Below are positions 31,576 through 32,000 of a DNA stretch of 32,000 nt, piece after piece. The notes below the pieces were generated by a model. It was not told the DNA's origin. It ran no database searches and saw nothing but the letters and a program-made list of their open reading frames with translations. Origin of the DNA: a bacterium (GTDB lineage: Bacteria > UBP7 > UBA6624); assembly GCA_002716355.1 (NCBI GenBank), contig PBAU01000013.1, positions 1-32,000 of the forward strand. Reading direction: 5' to 3'. The stretch's first letter is position 1. The number at the start of each line of letters is the position of its first letter. The translations under genes were made by a program, and so were the position numbers.

Positions 31576-32000
31576 ATGTCTATAGACAAACTAAAAACTT
31601 TAGCACAAACTGCATTATTCATAGTTTTGGCAGTGGGAATGTGGAGAGTGTTAGATGCATCAGCAACATATATCATGAGTGCAGACAGTATGACTGGGCG
31701 TATTGATGGAATTCTTGTTGAATACCAAACAGCTGTAGGTGACGTTGGCGACAAGCTAAACACAATGATGGATGCTCAAATTGAAGTAGTTGGAGCTATT
31801 GAACAAAGTGTTTCAGCTTCAACTTCACTAATTGAACAAAGCAAAGAAAGAATCACCTGGGCAGCAAACATGTCTGAAAATCTTTTTCCTGCAGAAGCGC
31901 AGACAAATATCGGATCATTGTTAAGAATGGCTGTTGCAGCTTTGACTGATGCTATAACTTATCTTGTAGAAAACCCAGATGATGTCAATGGAGCATTAGA
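31576..32000 (+). CDS. Hypothetical membrane-anchored protein, N-terminal 141 codons (continues past window end)
   Basis: AGGAGG (31563-31568) lies 7 nt before the ATG at 31576. The frame is open to the window end: MSIDKLKTLAQTALFIVLAVGMWRVLDAS..., one N-terminal TM helix followed by predicted helical sequence. It is absent from the ORF track, probably because it lacks a stop. Confidence 0.6.
   Translation, partial: MSIDKLKTLAQTALFIVLAVGMWRVLDASATYIMSADSMTGRIDGILVEYQTAVGDVGDKLNTMMDAQIEVVGAIEQSVSASTSLIEQSKERITWAANMSENLFPAEAQTNIGSLLRMAVAALTDAITYLVENPDDVNGAL

Noticed and set aside
31539-31763. 74-aa minus-strand ORF.
   Set aside because: It is antisense to a plus-strand frame that has a perfect AGGAGG SD, an ATG at 31576 and stays open to the window end. 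The minus ORF has no SD or domain signal.
1-32000. CRISPR arrays, IS elements, prophage genes, toxin-antitoxin pairs and known defence-system genes.
   Set aside because: I saw no regularly spaced repeats and no nuclease/helicase/reverse-transcriptase/Cas-like or transposase-like ORFs in any frame.

Overview
AT-rich bacterial chromosomal window. GC ranges from about 25% in the glycosyltransferase genes to 45-57% in the pilin genes, based on hand counts of a few 60-nt lines. The organism looks diderm (LpxC present), uses AGGAGG-type Shine-Dalgarno sites and uses TGA/TAA as normal stops. I found no rRNA, CRISPR array, transposase, integrase or recognisable defence genes.

Positions 1-25392 form one co-directional minus-strand gene array with almost no intergenic space; most junctions are 1-16 nt overlaps (mostly ATGA/GTGA) and the remaining gaps are 2-69 nt. 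In transcription order it contains:
- rmlD
- two lipoproteins carrying carboxypeptidase-regulatory-like beta-sandwich domains: one PLD-fold with Asn replacing His in both HKD-like motifs, one NHL/beta-propeller-like
- seven glycosyltransferases, including a 799-aa GT2 + GT-C (PMT_2/ArnT-like) fusion
- a polyprenyl-phosphate priming sugar transferase
- a MoxR AAA+ / DUF58 / transglutaminase trio
- PilB (with two near-perfect MshEN c-di-GMP-binding motifs) and PilT
- a hairpin terminator immediately followed by a TTGATA-17-TATAAT promoter
- PilC and three tandem GspG/pilin-like genes, two of them unusually large (374 and 359 aa; the third is truncated by the window edge)

No Wzx, Wzy, Wza, Wzc, ABC exporter, secretin, PilMNOP or prepilin peptidase is visible in the window. 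This physically fused pilus, MoxR/transglutaminase, glycan and lipoprotein array is the most unusual thing here. I flag it as a candidate integrated, possibly glycosylated, surface-fibre system.

The right-hand 6.5 kb holds lpxC flanked by small membrane ORFs, purE, a DUF151 bifunctional nuclease and tRNA-Ser(GGA). It also holds a tightly packed phoD / MazG-like / MBL-fold / SMUG1-type uracil-DNA glycosylase operon. Upstream of that operon is a GC-rich nested-palindrome divergent control region, followed by the 5' end of an unknown membrane-anchored protein.
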